From NCBI RefSeq assembly GCF_009914755.1, contig NC_060928.1: a DNA stretch of 64,000 bases; one strand, given 5' to 3'. The notes below the pieces were generated by a model. The model had not been told where the DNA came from, made no database searches, and worked only from the letters and a program-made list of their open reading frames with translations. This stretch comes from the human T2T-CHM13v2.0 reference genome, Homo sapiens. Numbering within the stretch: position 1 is the stretch's first letter; every line of letters starts with the position of its first letter. Positions 51,625-64,000 of the stretch are shown in pieces. Made by a program: the position numbers and the translations under genes.

Positions 51625-54472
51625 TTGAACTGACCTTGCATCCTGGGGATAAAGCCTACTTGATTGTGGTGGATATGATTTTTGATGTGTTGCTGGATTC
51701 AGTTTGCCAGTATTTTGTCAAGGATTTTTGCATCAATGTTTATCAAGGATATTGTCCTGAAGTTTGTTTTTTTGTTGTATCTCTGGAGGTTTTTGTATCA
51801 GAGTGATGCAGGCCTCATAAAATGAGTTAGGGAGGAGTCCCTTCTTTTCAACTTTTTGGAATAGTTATGGTATGAATGATACCAGCTCTTCTTTGTACCT
51901 CCTCTAGGACTTATTTTTTTCTTTTGGTTGGTAAGCTATTAGTGCCTCAATTTCAGAACTCATTATTGGTCTATTCAGGGATTCAATTTCTTTCTGGTTC
52001 AATCTTGGTAGGGTATATGTGTCCAGCAATTTATCCATTTATTTTAGATTGTATAGTTTATAGAGGTGTTTGTAGTATTCTCTGATGGTTGTTTGTATTT
52101 CTGTGGGGTGATATGCCCTTTCTTTCTGACTGTGTTTATTTGAGTCTTCTCTCTTTTCTTCTTTATTAGTCTAACTAGCAGTCTAACTATTTTATTTTAT
52201 TTTTTTCAAAAATCAGCTCCTTTACCGTTTGAATTTTTGAAGGCCTTTTTCCTATCTCTATCCTCTTCAGTTCAGCTCTGATCTTAGGTATTTCTTGTCT
52301 TGTGCTAGCTTTTTTTTTTTTTTTTTTTCTTTTTTTTTCTAGTTCTTTTAGTTGTGATGTTAGGCTTTCAACTTGAAATTGTTCTGGCATTTTGATGTGG
52401 GCATTCAGTGCTATAAATTTTCCTCTTAGCACTGCTTCAGCTGTGTTATGGGGATTCTAGTACATTGTATCTTTGTTCTCATTAGTTTCAAAGAACTTCT
52501 TGATTTCTGCCTTAATTTCATTGTTTACCCAAAAGTCATTCAGAAGCAGGTTGTGCAATTTCCCTGTAGTGGAATGGTTTTGGGTGAGTTCTAATTTGAT
52601 TGCATTCTGATCTGAGAGACTGTTTATGATTTCACTTCTTTCGCATGTTTCTGAGGAGTGTTTTACTTCTTATTATGTGATCAATTTTACAGTGAGTGCC
52701 ATGTGGTGATGAGAAAAATGTATATTCTGTTATTTTTGTTTGGAGAGTTGTGTAGATATCCATCAGGTTCTCTTGATCCAGAGCTGAGTTCAGGTCCTGA
52801 ATATCTTTATTAATTTTCTATCTCAATGATCTGTCTAATATTGTCAGTGGAATGTTAAAGTCTCCCACTATTATTGTGTGGGAGTCTAAGTCTCTTTGTA
52901 GATCTCTAAAAACTTGCTTTATAAATATAGGTACTCTTTTATTATGTGCCTATATATTTGGGATAATTAGCTCTCCTTGTTGAATTGAACCCTTTACCAT
53001 TATGTAATGCCCTTCTTTGTCTTTTTTAATGTTTGCTGGTTTAAAGTCTGTTTTGTCAGAAACTAGGATTCCAACCCATGCTTTTTTTCTGTTTTTCATT
53101 TGTTTGCTAGATTGTCCTCCATCCTTTTATTTTGAGCCTGTGAGTGTCTTTGCCTGTGAGATGGGACTTTTGAAAACAGCATACTGATGGGTCTTGCTTC
53201 TTTATCCAGCCTGTCATTCTGTGTCTTTTAATTGGGACATTTAGCCCATTTACGTTTAAGATTAGCATTGCTATATGTGGATTTAATCTTGTCATCATGA
53301 TGCTAGCTAGTTATTTTGCAGACTTGAGTATGCGGTTGTTTCACAGTGTCACTGGTCTGTGTAACTTCAATGTGGCTTTGTAGTGGCTAGTAATGGTTTT
53401 TCCTTTCCTTGTTGAGTGCTGTCTTCAGGGCTCTTGTAAGGCAGGTCTGGTGGTAATGAATTCCCTCAGCATTTGCTTGTCTGAAAAGGATCTTATTTCT
53501 TCTTTGTTTATGAAGCTTAGTTTGGCTTGATATAAAATTCTGGCTTGGAAATTCTTTTCTTTAAGAATTTTGAATATTGGCCCCCAATCACTTCTGGCTT
53601 TTAGGGTTTCTGCTGAAACCCCCCCATCCCTCTAGGGTCTCCTTCCAAGGGAGAGATCAGATCTCTGTCCATAGAAAACGGGCAGGGGTGGCTGGAGGCC
53701 CCACCTGGGAGGTCAGACCCAGTGAGGAGGGATGGATCTGGGTCCTACTTAAAGAAGCAGTCTGGCCATGAATTGGCAAAGCAGCTGTGCTGTGCTGGGT
53801 GGTGGTGGGACTTCCTTGTTGAGACCTTTTAGAGTTTCCAAAGCTCTCAGACTAAAATGGCTGAGTCAACCAAATGGCAGAGATGGTGACCTGACCCTCC
53901 ACTAGTGGACTCTGTCTCATCTCAGGCTGGCTCCTCCACCCTATTGCTGGTGGCTGGCTGGAATTCCAAGCCAGCAGGTCTTATCTTGTGAGATGCCATG
54001 GAATTGGGGCCTGCAGGATGATGCTGTCTGGCTCCCTGGATTCAGCCCCCATCCTGGGGGTATGTACAGACCTCCTGCCTTGCCTGAGTTGCAGACACAT
54101 TTGTTCGGGATTCTGGGGGCTGGAGTATGTAAAGCTTCTGGGTCTCTCTGTGTGCCTGAGTAGCTGCTCTGCCAAGACCCCAAAAACACTGATGGCGTGG
54201 GCTCACAAGGGGATCTCCTGATCCACAGGTTGCAAAGATCTGTGGAAGAAGCTTGGTTTCCTGGGGTCACACAATCACTCACTGCATCTCTTGGCTGAGG
54301 ATGGGGGTTCCCCGGGCCCTGTGTCGCTCCTGGGTGGGCCATCGTCCCACCCTGCATTTCTTTTTTCTCTTTGGGTCAAGTTGTTTCCCTGATCAATCCT
54401 AATGTGAGTACTGGGAGTACTTGCTCCTTTCGTTCCTCTTCATTAGTGCTGTGGACCACAGCTGCTTCTAAT

Positions 54473-54483
54473 CGGCCATCTTG
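54473..54483 (-). promoter_or_regulatory. YY1 motif at L1 5' end
   Basis: Reverse complement reads CAAGATGGCCG about 15 nt from the L1 5' end, the known position of the L1 YY1 site; function not shown. Confidence 0.6.
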
Positions 54484-55064
54484 TGGCTACTTCCCCCAAT
54501 CATTCTCTTGATCTTTTTTCTACCTCTCAATAGCCAGCTCACTTGGTATAGGAAAGAATATGCTGTATGAAAGGTTTTTTTTGTCAATATCAAAGAACTC
54601 TAATTTGAGAGGAAAAGAAGGAGGGCCAATACAGAAGAAGAAGATGGAAATCATGAGTGATCTATGTATAGCAGCATATTATATTGCTAACTTGCTAAAG
54701 TTAATAAAATTAAAAATGATATCTTTTCATTTTCTATGTGTCTTTTAAATTTGTCTTCAAATGTTTTTTCATTTTCTACTGTGTACTCAAATTTTTTCAT
54801 GATATCTTTCAAGACATACAGCAACTACATTTTTAAAAGGAATAAACTGAATGGCATCACACAATCACTTTTAATTATGTATTTATACAAAGATGAAAAT
54901 AAGTTGAGATGACAGAAAACAATGGTTTGTTAGGTGAAGATGTAACTTTTCAGATTTTGTAATTTTCATTGAAATGTAGTTATAGAACTTTCAGTAGAAC
55001 AGCTAAAGTAAAATGAGGTGAAAAATCTCATTAATTAATGACTGGAAACAAAGATACTCCTGAA

Positions 55065-55155
55065 ATATATATATATATATTATAATATATATTATATATA
55101 ATATATATAAATATTAATATATATTATATATTATATGATATATGATATATATATA
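55065..55155. repeat. AT-rich (TA)n low-complexity tract
   Basis: Direct reading. Confidence 0.9.
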
Positions 55156-55330
55156 GTTGGCTGTCTATATCACTATTACTATATCTGTTTATAATCTAAA
55201 GATAACCTTGTCTTTAACATTGGAGGACATTTAGAATAGACCTCAGGTAAGTGTAGATTGAACTGATTTCTATTTTATAAGGTATCTTTTTTTCTATTAC
55301 TTTATTATACTTTAAAATAAAGAAAAGTAG

Positions 55331-55747
<417 letters not shown>

Positions 55748-55897
55748 CTAATTGAGCAATTCAAATTACATATCTTAATTTTATTCAGAATAAATTTATC
55801 AAACCTTGTAATTTTTCCAGTATCATGAATTGTACAAATTGGGTTTTAATCAAATAACAAGATTAAAATATATTTTTAATATATAAATTCTAAAAAA

Positions 55898-56150
55898 AGG
55901 CAGTAAGGTATAGTGAAAGCACTCGATTGAAAGTATGATCTCTGTTCAAAACTTGTCTTCATCAATTTCTTGCTCTGTGGCTGTGAAAAAAAATGCTTTA
56001 GGTCTTGAAATCTCAGTTTGTCTATCTACAATTTAGGAATAATACCATTGTTTCTCAATTCAAATATATACCCTTTAAATATCTCTTAAATTGGGATGAA
56101 ATTTACATAAGTAAAAAAATCAACTAGTCAGCCGACAGAGTATTAGGTGT
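55898..56150 (+). mobile_element. MIR
   Basis: ggcagtaaggtatagtgaaagcac start; tctcagtttgtctatctacaatttaggaataatacc core. Confidence 0.6.
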
Positions 56151-56666
56151 TGTGAGTTTATTGTCCTTCTGTAATAAACTGTATTGATGGTATTTATTTA
56201 TTTCATTGTTAATTTAGTGCATTTATTTGAATCAGTTGTGGTATAAATTGCCAACTCTCACAGAATAAATCAAAAGTTGGGAAGCTATGTGGGTGATTTA
56301 ATGGAATATTACTTAAGTCTTGAATATATGTCAAAAATTATCACTTAGTTTACAAATACATAGAAGTTAAATTAAAGAGAAAATAACCCAAAATTAAAAA
56401 CTAAAAAAAAAAAAATCAACTCGAAAGTACAAACTGCAGATATTCACCAACCTTCCTATACGTGTAGCATACTATGAATGAAGTGTTACTCTTTGTGCGG
56501 ATGTATAAAATTGCCTTTCATATTAAAGAAACTGTGTATTCCTTCTGGCAATATGAGAAAAACAAAACTGTTTTATCATGCTGAGTAGATATTTCCATTA
56601 AAATATAAAAATAAGTGAGATAATATATGAAAGTAATGCAGTTTAAAATATCAAAAGACAATGGTG

Positions 56667-57790
56667 AGTTCTTCCATTTCTTGTCAAGATGGAGTAATAG
56701 GCACTGCACATACACCGCTGCCTAAAAACAAAAACAAAGAAAGACAAAATATTTGGAACAACAGCACTCAAAGCATTGAGTGTTAAGCAATGACAGACAA
56801 AGAATGAGAAACAAGGAGATGACCCACTCTCCAGGGCATGGAACTTGGAGGGGAAATCCAGACAGAGCCCAGTGGTCTTTAAACTTAAGAGGATATTTAT
56901 GCAGCCAAAAAACACATGAAAAAATGCTCATCATCACTGGCCATCAGAGAAATGCAAATCAAAACCGCAATGAGATACAATCTCACACCAGTTAGAATGG
57001 CAATCATTAAAAAGTCAGGAAACAACAGGTGCTGGAGAGGATGTGGAGAAATAGGAACACTTTTACACTGTTGGCGGGACTGTAAACTAGTTCAACCATT
57101 GTGGAAGTCAGTGTGGCGATTCCTCAGGGATCTAGAACTGGAAATACCATTTGACACAGCCATCCCATTACTGGGTATATACCCAAAGGACTGTAAATCA
57201 TGCTGCTATAAAGACACATGCACACGTATGTTTATTGAGGCATTATTCACAATAGCAAAGACTTGGAACCAACCCAAATGTCCAACAATGATAGACTGGA
57301 TTAAGAAAATGTGGCACATATACACCATAGAATACTATGCAGCCATAAAATATGATGAGTTCATGTCCTTTGTAGAGACATGGATGAAATTGGAAATCAT
57401 CATTCTCAGTAAACTATCGCAAGAACAAAAAACCAAACACTGCATATTCTCACTCATAGGTGGGAATTGAACAATGAGATCACATGGACACAGGAAGGGG
57501 AATATCACACTCTGGGGACTGTTGTGGGGTGGGGGGAGGGGGGAGGGATAGCATTGGGAGATATACCTAATGCTAGATGACGAGTTAGTGGGTGCAGCGC
57601 ACCAGCATGGCACATGTATACATATGTAACTAACCTGCACAATGTGCACATGTACCCTAGAACTTAAAGTATAATAAAAAAAAAAGAAAGAAAAAAATAA
57701 AGAGGATAAAGCTAGGAGTCCTAGAAATCCAAGGTCAGCAGACATTGCAGGCCAGCCTACTAGAGAGAAAAGGGCTGTAATTAAGAGGGG
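56667..57790 (+). mobile_element. Old L1M (MDa/MEc-like) 5' fragment, split by young L1
   Basis: caagatggagtaatagg start; gagggg aaatccagacagagcccagtggtc continues after the insertion as aagctaggagtcc...agagagaaaagggctg. Confidence 0.6.
56896..57699 (+). mobile_element. Young 5'-truncated L1 (L1PA2-type)
   Basis: Uninterrupted ORF2 C-terminus (56916-57470, ends SLIGGN*), 3'UTR gagatcacatgg / tgggagatatacc with GAG (not ACA/ACG) and A (not G) at Ta-diagnostic sites; TSD aagaggata at 56887-56895 and 57700-57708. Confidence 0.93.
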
Positions 57791-57794
57791 CGTC

Positions 57795-57990
57795 AGTTAT
57801 AGTACTAAGCATGGTCTTAGTCTTAGACGTCTGAATTGATTTGGGATAGCTCTTCCCTTCATTTGACTTGGGAGAAATAATATAATCTCACTGAGACACC
57901 TCAAATATAAAGTGGAAACTATAACTACTAAAGCGCAAAAAATGCTATAAAAATGCCTAGCAAATACTAGGTGCTCATTAAATGCCCATT
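57795..57990 (+). mobile_element. MIR
   Basis: gtcttagacgtctgaatt...tgacttgggagaaat...aatgcctagcaaatactaggtgctcattaaatg. Confidence 0.55.
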
Positions 57991-58113
57991 TTTAGGGAAG
58001 ATGCTGATGATGAAGAACAGAACTGAACTTGAATGTTTGAAGAAATGAAACTTGAAAATTGTAATAAGACCATGTTTTTACAGAAAAGTATGTTTTCTGA
58101 CTTGAATTGGCTA

Positions 58114-58143
58114 GTGTGTGTCTGTGTGTGTGTGTGTGTGTGT
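58114..58143. repeat. (TG)n microsatellite
   Basis: Direct reading. Confidence 0.9.
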
Positions 58144-58410
58144 ATATGTATTTGTAATTATTTGTAATATACTATACTATACGTTCAGGAGATCTAGTTT
58201 TAATATGCAGACTATTAGAATGAAGGTCCTACCAAGTAAACTTTAGTACTTGAGCCTTGTGTTTGGAAGGGGTACAGTAATTTTAAATGTTTTTCAAATC
58301 TTGCTATTTGGTTTATTTTTAGAAAATTCAACGATACATGAATTAAAGCACTCTGTATAATCTGTAAACTGTTGTATAAATATATGTAGTTATTGACACC
58401 ATTTATTAAT

Positions 58411-58670
58411 ATTTTTCTTTTTTTTGTGATCACAGCTCACAGCAGCCTTGATCTCCTGGGCTCAAATGATCCTCCTGCCTCAGCCTCCCAAGTAGCTGAG
58501 ATCACAGGTACATGCCGACCCCCTTGGCTTTTTGTTTGTTTGTTTAATTATCTGTAGAGACAGTCTCTCTGTGTTGCTCAGGCTGATCTCAAACACTTGG
58601 GCTCAAGTGATTCTCCCATTTTAGCCTCCCAAAGTGCTGGAATTACAGGCATGAGCCATCACACCTAGCC
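58411..58670 (-). mobile_element. AluJ, part of 3' end missing
   Basis: gatcacagctcacagcagccttgatctcctgggctcaa...ggcatgagccatcacacctagcc. Confidence 0.88.
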
Positions 58671-60201
58671 TACTATTTTTCAATGAATTTAATTTCACTA
58701 AAAATAAATACATTAAATTTTGGGGTTTTTTTTTGTAAAACTTTATGACCCAATAACTAAGCAGCTCCCTGCTGAGAATGCTTAACACCAACACACAATT
58801 GCTTTTATTTCCCATTTAGTGTGCCACTTAAATCTATAGGGTTAGAAGTAACAGTATAGGCATTAAAACTAGAAAATTCTAGGAGAAATAGAGGTGAAAC
58901 AGTAAACAAAATATTTCATTGACATTGAGCTTTCAGTCATGCTGACAGTTTCTAAAATATTACCAGGATCAGTGCATAGATCTCGCTAATATGACCTAGG
59001 AAACAGATTTGATTATTTTGCTTGGAAATGTTAATTCCTTTAACCCTGTAAGTGTTTGCCAATTTATAAATGACTACGTGAATCTTTCTTGTCTTTAGCT
59101 ATCTTCATAGTCATTCTGGGTAATTATCTAATGTTGATCAGGTTGTGTGACTGATTGATTATTTTAGCCTGTCTGTTAGGTACCCTGAAATTTATGCAAT
59201 TTCTTGCCCACATTGGTGCCCTGGTAATATAAAACTTTTGGTAGCTACAGTGTGCTTAATTAAGAAGATAGACTATGGAGATTGAATTTTGTTCCTCACA
59301 ATAGTTATCTAAAGGAGCTGCTCACTAAAAAAATTGTTTTCCTGAAATAAAAAGACTTAACAATTTCATTAAATTGTTGCTTATAGTTTGATTTTATGAT
59401 GATGTATATTCATAAAATATGATGATATTTGGCCAAGCAGAAAGATAAGTTATACTATAAAGATTGTAACTATCCACATTTTGAAATCAAATGTCATTTG
59501 CCTCAGGCTTTAATAATTAGCTCAAAATTTTAAGTTTTGTTGGTATGTGTATTTCAGTAAGGTCTCAAATCATTTCACTGTGATCAAATATGTAATTTTA
59601 AGTATATAAATATTTAATTAGAAAAATATATGGATAAGTCACTCTGAAATAAATAACTAACGGATTTAATTACAAATTCAATTTGCCAACAAAGAGTTGT
59701 AGAAATCCTACAGGAAGTTTGATTTGCATTTAGTGGCTTCACTGTAAGATTATAACTGGTTTAGCATAGACTGGGTTAAATTATTTTGCAGTGAGGCTTA
59801 AATGTAGTCTCTGATAAAATAAAATAAGGAATTATTACTTCTTGTTATTCCATTTTCAAGGCTCCATAAATACACATTTTTTGAATATGTGGTATATTAT
59901 TCTGAAGTTGAACGTAAAAGTAAATGAATTGCTTCAACCACAACAAAAAACTGTATTCTGTCATTAATTAAAAATGCCCATCTGTGGTAAAATCAAATCA
60001 AATCAGTTCTTATGAAATGTACTGAGTTTCAGAACTAGAAAATATCAGTACAAATGTGTAGATGTGCATTTGTATAAACATGCTTATACTTTGAGTGAGA
60101 AACTTCTCAAAATTTCTATTGGCCATAATATTTTATGTATAAAATTGAAATATAAAACAGTAACATAACATAATATTCAGTTTATAATACTAGATGAGTA
60201 C

Positions 60202-60555
60202 TGTGCTAGTTTCTTAGGGATGGCCTAATAAATTACATAAACTGGATGGCTGAAAATAACAGAAATGTTTTCCCTCAAAATTGTGGAGGCTGGAGTCTCT
60301 AAATCAAGACGTTAACAAGGTCAAACTCTCTCTGAAGGCTCTAGAGGAGCCTGCATTGACTCTTCTAACTTCTGATGCTTGTTAACAGTATTTGGCATTC
60401 CTTGGCTTGACAAACATCACATCAGTCTCTGCCTCCATCATTACCTTGTGCTATCTCTGTGTGTCTGGACCTCAATGTCCAAATTTCCTTCTTCTTACAA
60501 GGTTCTGAGTGAACATTACATGAATTTTCAGAGGTCACTATTCAACTCGGTATCT
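60202..60555 (-). mobile_element. MLT1B/C-type MaLR LTR
   Basis: tagtttcttaggg...tggaggctggagtc...ctctgaaggctctagagg...tggcattccttggcttg. Confidence 0.82.
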
Positions 60556-61659
60556 ATGAACACACTGACATCCACATGCTATACTTATATGAAAGGTTAA
60601 CCTTTCAGGTTTCTGCTGATTTTATTGACTGGTAGCCTTATGTGAGTTTCTAGAGTTTAATCAGATTATTGGCAAAATGTAGTGTAGGCTCAGCAATGTT
60701 GAACAGTATATAAATATGATTTAAAAAGACAAGAAAATAGGAACAAGAAGGAGAAGTTACAAGCATTGACACTTAAATAATTGTGTCTGCAACATAATTG
60801 CACCTAGCATCTTGGAAAAAAAATAAAGCAAATTAATGGAACTATAATATTTTGGAATTTCTAACCATGAAAACTGATGATAACAATTGAGAAAAATTTT
60901 TTCAAGTTTAAAAGTAAGCAAATATGAGGTGCCTCTAAATTACATATATCTAATTTAGATAACATAACACTTAAGGATTCTTTGCCCTAACGTTAGCTTT
61001 TTAATTCCCATTTCTTCGAATGGGCCTGGTAAGGCTTTGAAATATACAATGCATTGGGTAGTCAATTCACTGACTAACCTGAGATATTTTGTATCATGAG
61101 CTTATTGAAACACGCTTGTTACAATTAGTGTTTTAAAGATAAGAGAATTACTTCTGTCAAATATATGTTGGCAATGATATATGCTGCTGTGAGATCGTTA
61201 AATGAAATTTAGTTACAAGTCTTAAAATCACAGCACCGAAATTACTTCATATCTGAGTGATGGGCATATGCCACTGACATATTATTTTCCTTTAGAGTAC
61301 TACTATGTGACAAATTTAAAATATAGCAGTTAGTATAGGGACATAAAAATAATAGAACTCCGTGAAATTATAAAGTTTTTATATCATTTTCTAAACATAG
61401 GAGAAAAATGTTTAAAGTTTGAAAGAAGAAAAATTTTCCTCTAAATATCAAAGTAAAAACGAAAGATCCAAAATTTGTTAATTTTAACATGTCTACAAAG
61501 TATGACATTTGACATTTTTATAATTTGTTACTTTATACAGTTTTGATGACTACAGTCAAATTATTCCAAAAGCAAAATTTTAAACATGATTTCAAAATTT
61601 TACAGCAAACAGTTTATTTTGATATAGGAAATGGGTGCATTTTAATGTGTAGGGGAATA

Positions 61660-62720
61660 TTTAAATGCCAAGGGCCTGCAGAACTTAAAGCCCCTGTCTA
61701 GTAGCTGTTCTCCCACTGAGAAGAACTTGTCAATCAGGAAATCTAAAAGAAAAATAGATGATCAGGCTAAAAGCTGGGAGACTTAGCAAGACAGTAAAGA
61801 CTTATGGACAGGAACTAAAAAAATAAAGAAAGCTAGAGGTGTGAGCATGGCATTTGGAGATATTTTCTGCTGGGTTCTGCAGATTCAAAAAGAAGCCACT
61901 GAGAAGCTGGAAAGCTGAAAATAACTTTTCAGTCTCCTAGGTCTAAGACAGGGGTTTTCAACCTTGGCAATATTAGAATTTTGCACTTGATGATTCTTTG
62001 TTGTGAGTGCTGTCCTGTGCGTTGTAGAATGTTTAACAGCATCCCAGGTCTCTAGCTATTAGATACTACTAGCTATACCCTTTCTCTACCAAACTGTGAC
62101 AACCAAATTGTCTCCATACAATGCCAAATAGTCTCTGAAAAAAAAAATAGTACCTGATAGAGAACTACAGCCTAAGCAATCTGAAACATTATTCTAGGAT
62201 TTTCAAAAACCAGTTTCCCACTAAATATCCCAGGCTTTAATTGATACCTCAAAAGGTATTTTTATACAACTAAGTGTAAGCGTAAACCTGAAAGCAACTG
62301 ATCCTGAAAGGGTCTAAACCCCAACTTTAAAATATTTGGATCACTGAAATACTATTAAATGATGTGAGTTTTTTTGTATGTCAAAGGTCCACAGAAGCAA
62401 ACCTAATGTGACAACATTTTAGGCCAACTATGTTGACAAATTTTTATATTAATTATGTATCGCTTAATCTAACTAAACAAGTACTCAACGAGGGTAGTTA
62501 CCATGATCAGAAGTCAAGAGAGCATAAAGCCAGAACTTCAAACTGCAGTTATCAGACACAGGCTTTTAAAATATATGTGCAAAATGTTTGAGTAAGTAAA
62601 TGAAGAGTTATACACTTTCCCAGAAAATCAGAAAGCATAAAAATACATGAATATGAGTTTATAAATTAATGTAAAACTAAAATTAAAGAGGTGGAAGTTC
62701 AGGTCAAAAAAACTATCTGA
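61660..62720 (+). mobile_element. Probable very old L1ME 5'/ORF1 fragment split by MER20
   Basis: gccactgagaagctggaaagctga and gttatcagacacaggcttttaaaata weakly resemble L1ME 5' regions. Confidence 0.4.
61949..62169 (+). mobile_element. MER20 (hAT-Charlie MITE)
   Basis: caggggttttcaaccttggca...ctgtcctgtgcgttgtagaatgtttaacagcatccc...tgtgacaaccaaa; degenerate 8-bp TSD gtctaaga/gcctaagc. Confidence 0.9.
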
Positions 62721-62854
62721 CAAAGCTATAGGAAATATAAAATAAGAACATATAGAGTGTGGAGGTAAAGGGTAACAAGAAACAAATTTACCTACCTTCC
62801 CCACTGTCAGAAACAACAAGCGAAAAAGAAAATATATTTTACAAATGGAAATAA

Positions 62855-63110
62855 TCTGGACACTATGGCTCATGCCTGTAATCCCAGCACTTTGGGAGGC
62901 CAAGGCAGAAGGATCACTTGAGCTCAGGAATTGGAGACCAGCCTGGGCAACATAGTGAGACCTCATCTCTACAACTATGCCTGTAGTCACAACTATTCAG
63001 GAGGCTGAGGTGGGAGGATAGCCTGAGCCAGGGAAATCCAGGTTGTACTGAGTTGTGATCATGCTACTGAATTCCAACCTGAGTAACAGAGAAAGGCATT
63101 GTCTCAAAAA
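62855..63110 (+). mobile_element. AluJ lacking the middle linker
   Basis: ggatcacttgagctcagga, cctgggcaacatagtgagacc; jumps from tctacaa to tgcctgtagtc. Confidence 0.88.
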
Positions 63111-63400
63111 ATATATATATTTTAAAATATATATTTATTATGTATTTATATGTATAACATAAATATATGATATATTTATAATATAAATATAAATATATGA
63201 TATATTAATATAATAAATTATATATATAATATAATAAATATAATAAATTAATATGATATATTAATAAAATAAATTAAATATAAATATATGATATATTATA
63301 TAAATATAAGATTATACTTACAATTATATTTATAAATATATAATGTGTATATTATATAAATATAATGTATATATATTTATAAATAAATAAGTGTATCTAT
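63111..63400. repeat. AT-rich low-complexity expansion from Alu tail
   Basis: ataaatat / atatgat degenerate repeats. Confidence 0.9.
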
Positions 63401-63469
63401 ACATACATGAAAAGAGCATCAGTGATCTGTTCAACGTTTCCAGATACTATATCTGTAAATGACAAAAAG

Positions 63470-63922
63470 ATTGTTTCCTTTCACATAAGTCCCTGCAGGG
63501 GATAGGTCTTAACTAACCTACCAGTCACAATGATGCCATTCACCTCTCTGGGCAAATAAAGCAGTTCTTGTTAATAGGACATAAGGAAAAATCTGTTGGA
63601 TGCTGTACGGGAAGAGTTCCCTTGGACCTGAAGAAGACATGACAAACTGTCTTCTGCTTTACTTTTATGAATGTTGTGTCAGGAAATGTAAGATGCTATA
63701 ACCATGAAGGCACCTAGAATGAGAAATAAAGCTGGCAACAGAGAATGGCACAGAAAACAAACTGGAAAGAACCAGAGCACTTGACTCTATTAAGTCACTG
63801 AATTAATCCACTGTTACCACAACTTTGGAACTTATTATTCTGTGTGATGATCCTTTGCCTTATTATATGCCACTTTGAGTAGAGTCCTCTGTTATGTGTG
63901 GCTGAAAATATCTTAAAATGAT
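63470..63922 (+). mobile_element. MLT1K-like MaLR LTR
   Basis: agaatggcacagaaaacaaactggaaagaacc, gccactttgagtagagtcctctgttatgtgtggctgaaa end motif. Confidence 0.6.
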
Positions 63923-64000
63923 TTTCCAAGTTTATAAACTGGAAACTAATGCCCAACTGAATCAAACCAATCTCTAAAAACTTCCAAAGATACCTCTAAA

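Larger units (their letters stand above)
49264..54497 (-). mobile_element. L1PA11-13-like LINE-1 with both ends, ORF1 largely deleted
   Basis: TSD aatcattctct at 49253-49263 and 54498-54508; ORF2 remnants (MTRLNPHIAMLILNVNGLN EN start; [12 protein letters not shown] motif; [11 protein letters not shown]); multiple frameshifts. Confidence 0.92.

Noticed and set aside
49517-53298. Cluster of minus-strand ORFs with RT/endonuclease motifs as a novel retro-system
   Set aside because: Collinear frameshifted fragments of ordinary L1 ORF2.
53941-54357. 138-aa ORF and higher-GC patch as gene or CpG island
   Set aside because: Within the L1 5'UTR; CpGs are mostly decayed.
56916-57470. 184-aa ORF as a gene
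   Set aside because: It is the C-terminus of L1 ORF2p in a 5'-truncated insertion with no promoter.
57513-57547. G-quadruplex motif
   Set aside because: Standard G-rich tract of young L1 3'UTRs; not locus-specific.

Overview
Primate (very likely human) nuclear DNA: AT-rich, CpG-depleted, with no CpG island and no supportable protein-coding gene, tRNA or rRNA, consistent with a gene desert or deep intron. Much of it is recognisable transposon fossil: 12 Alu elements (J, S, Y types), two long internally deleted minus-strand L1s (about 18.7-23.6 kb and 49.3-54.5 kb, the latter bounded by an 11-bp TSD), one young 5'-truncated L1PA2-type insertion (56.9-57.7 kb), older L1M/L2/MIR fragments, many MaLR/ERVL solo LTRs, and DNA transposons (MER44, MER58A, Tigger8, MER20, and a fragmented Charlie-type hAT transposase carrying nested insertions). 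The longer ORFs in the track are L1 remnants, antisense Alu/L1 frames or microsatellite artefacts; the rest look like chance. I did not find a convincing new biological system. The most notable unexplained structures are several local inverted duplications, some with templated inserts (16.0-16.3 kb, 18.06 kb, 39.1 kb, 48.9 kb), a set of short tandem duplications, and a candidate exon near 40.3-40.5 kb. Repeat subfamily names come from recalled consensus sequences, not a database search, and boundaries of old repeats are approximate.
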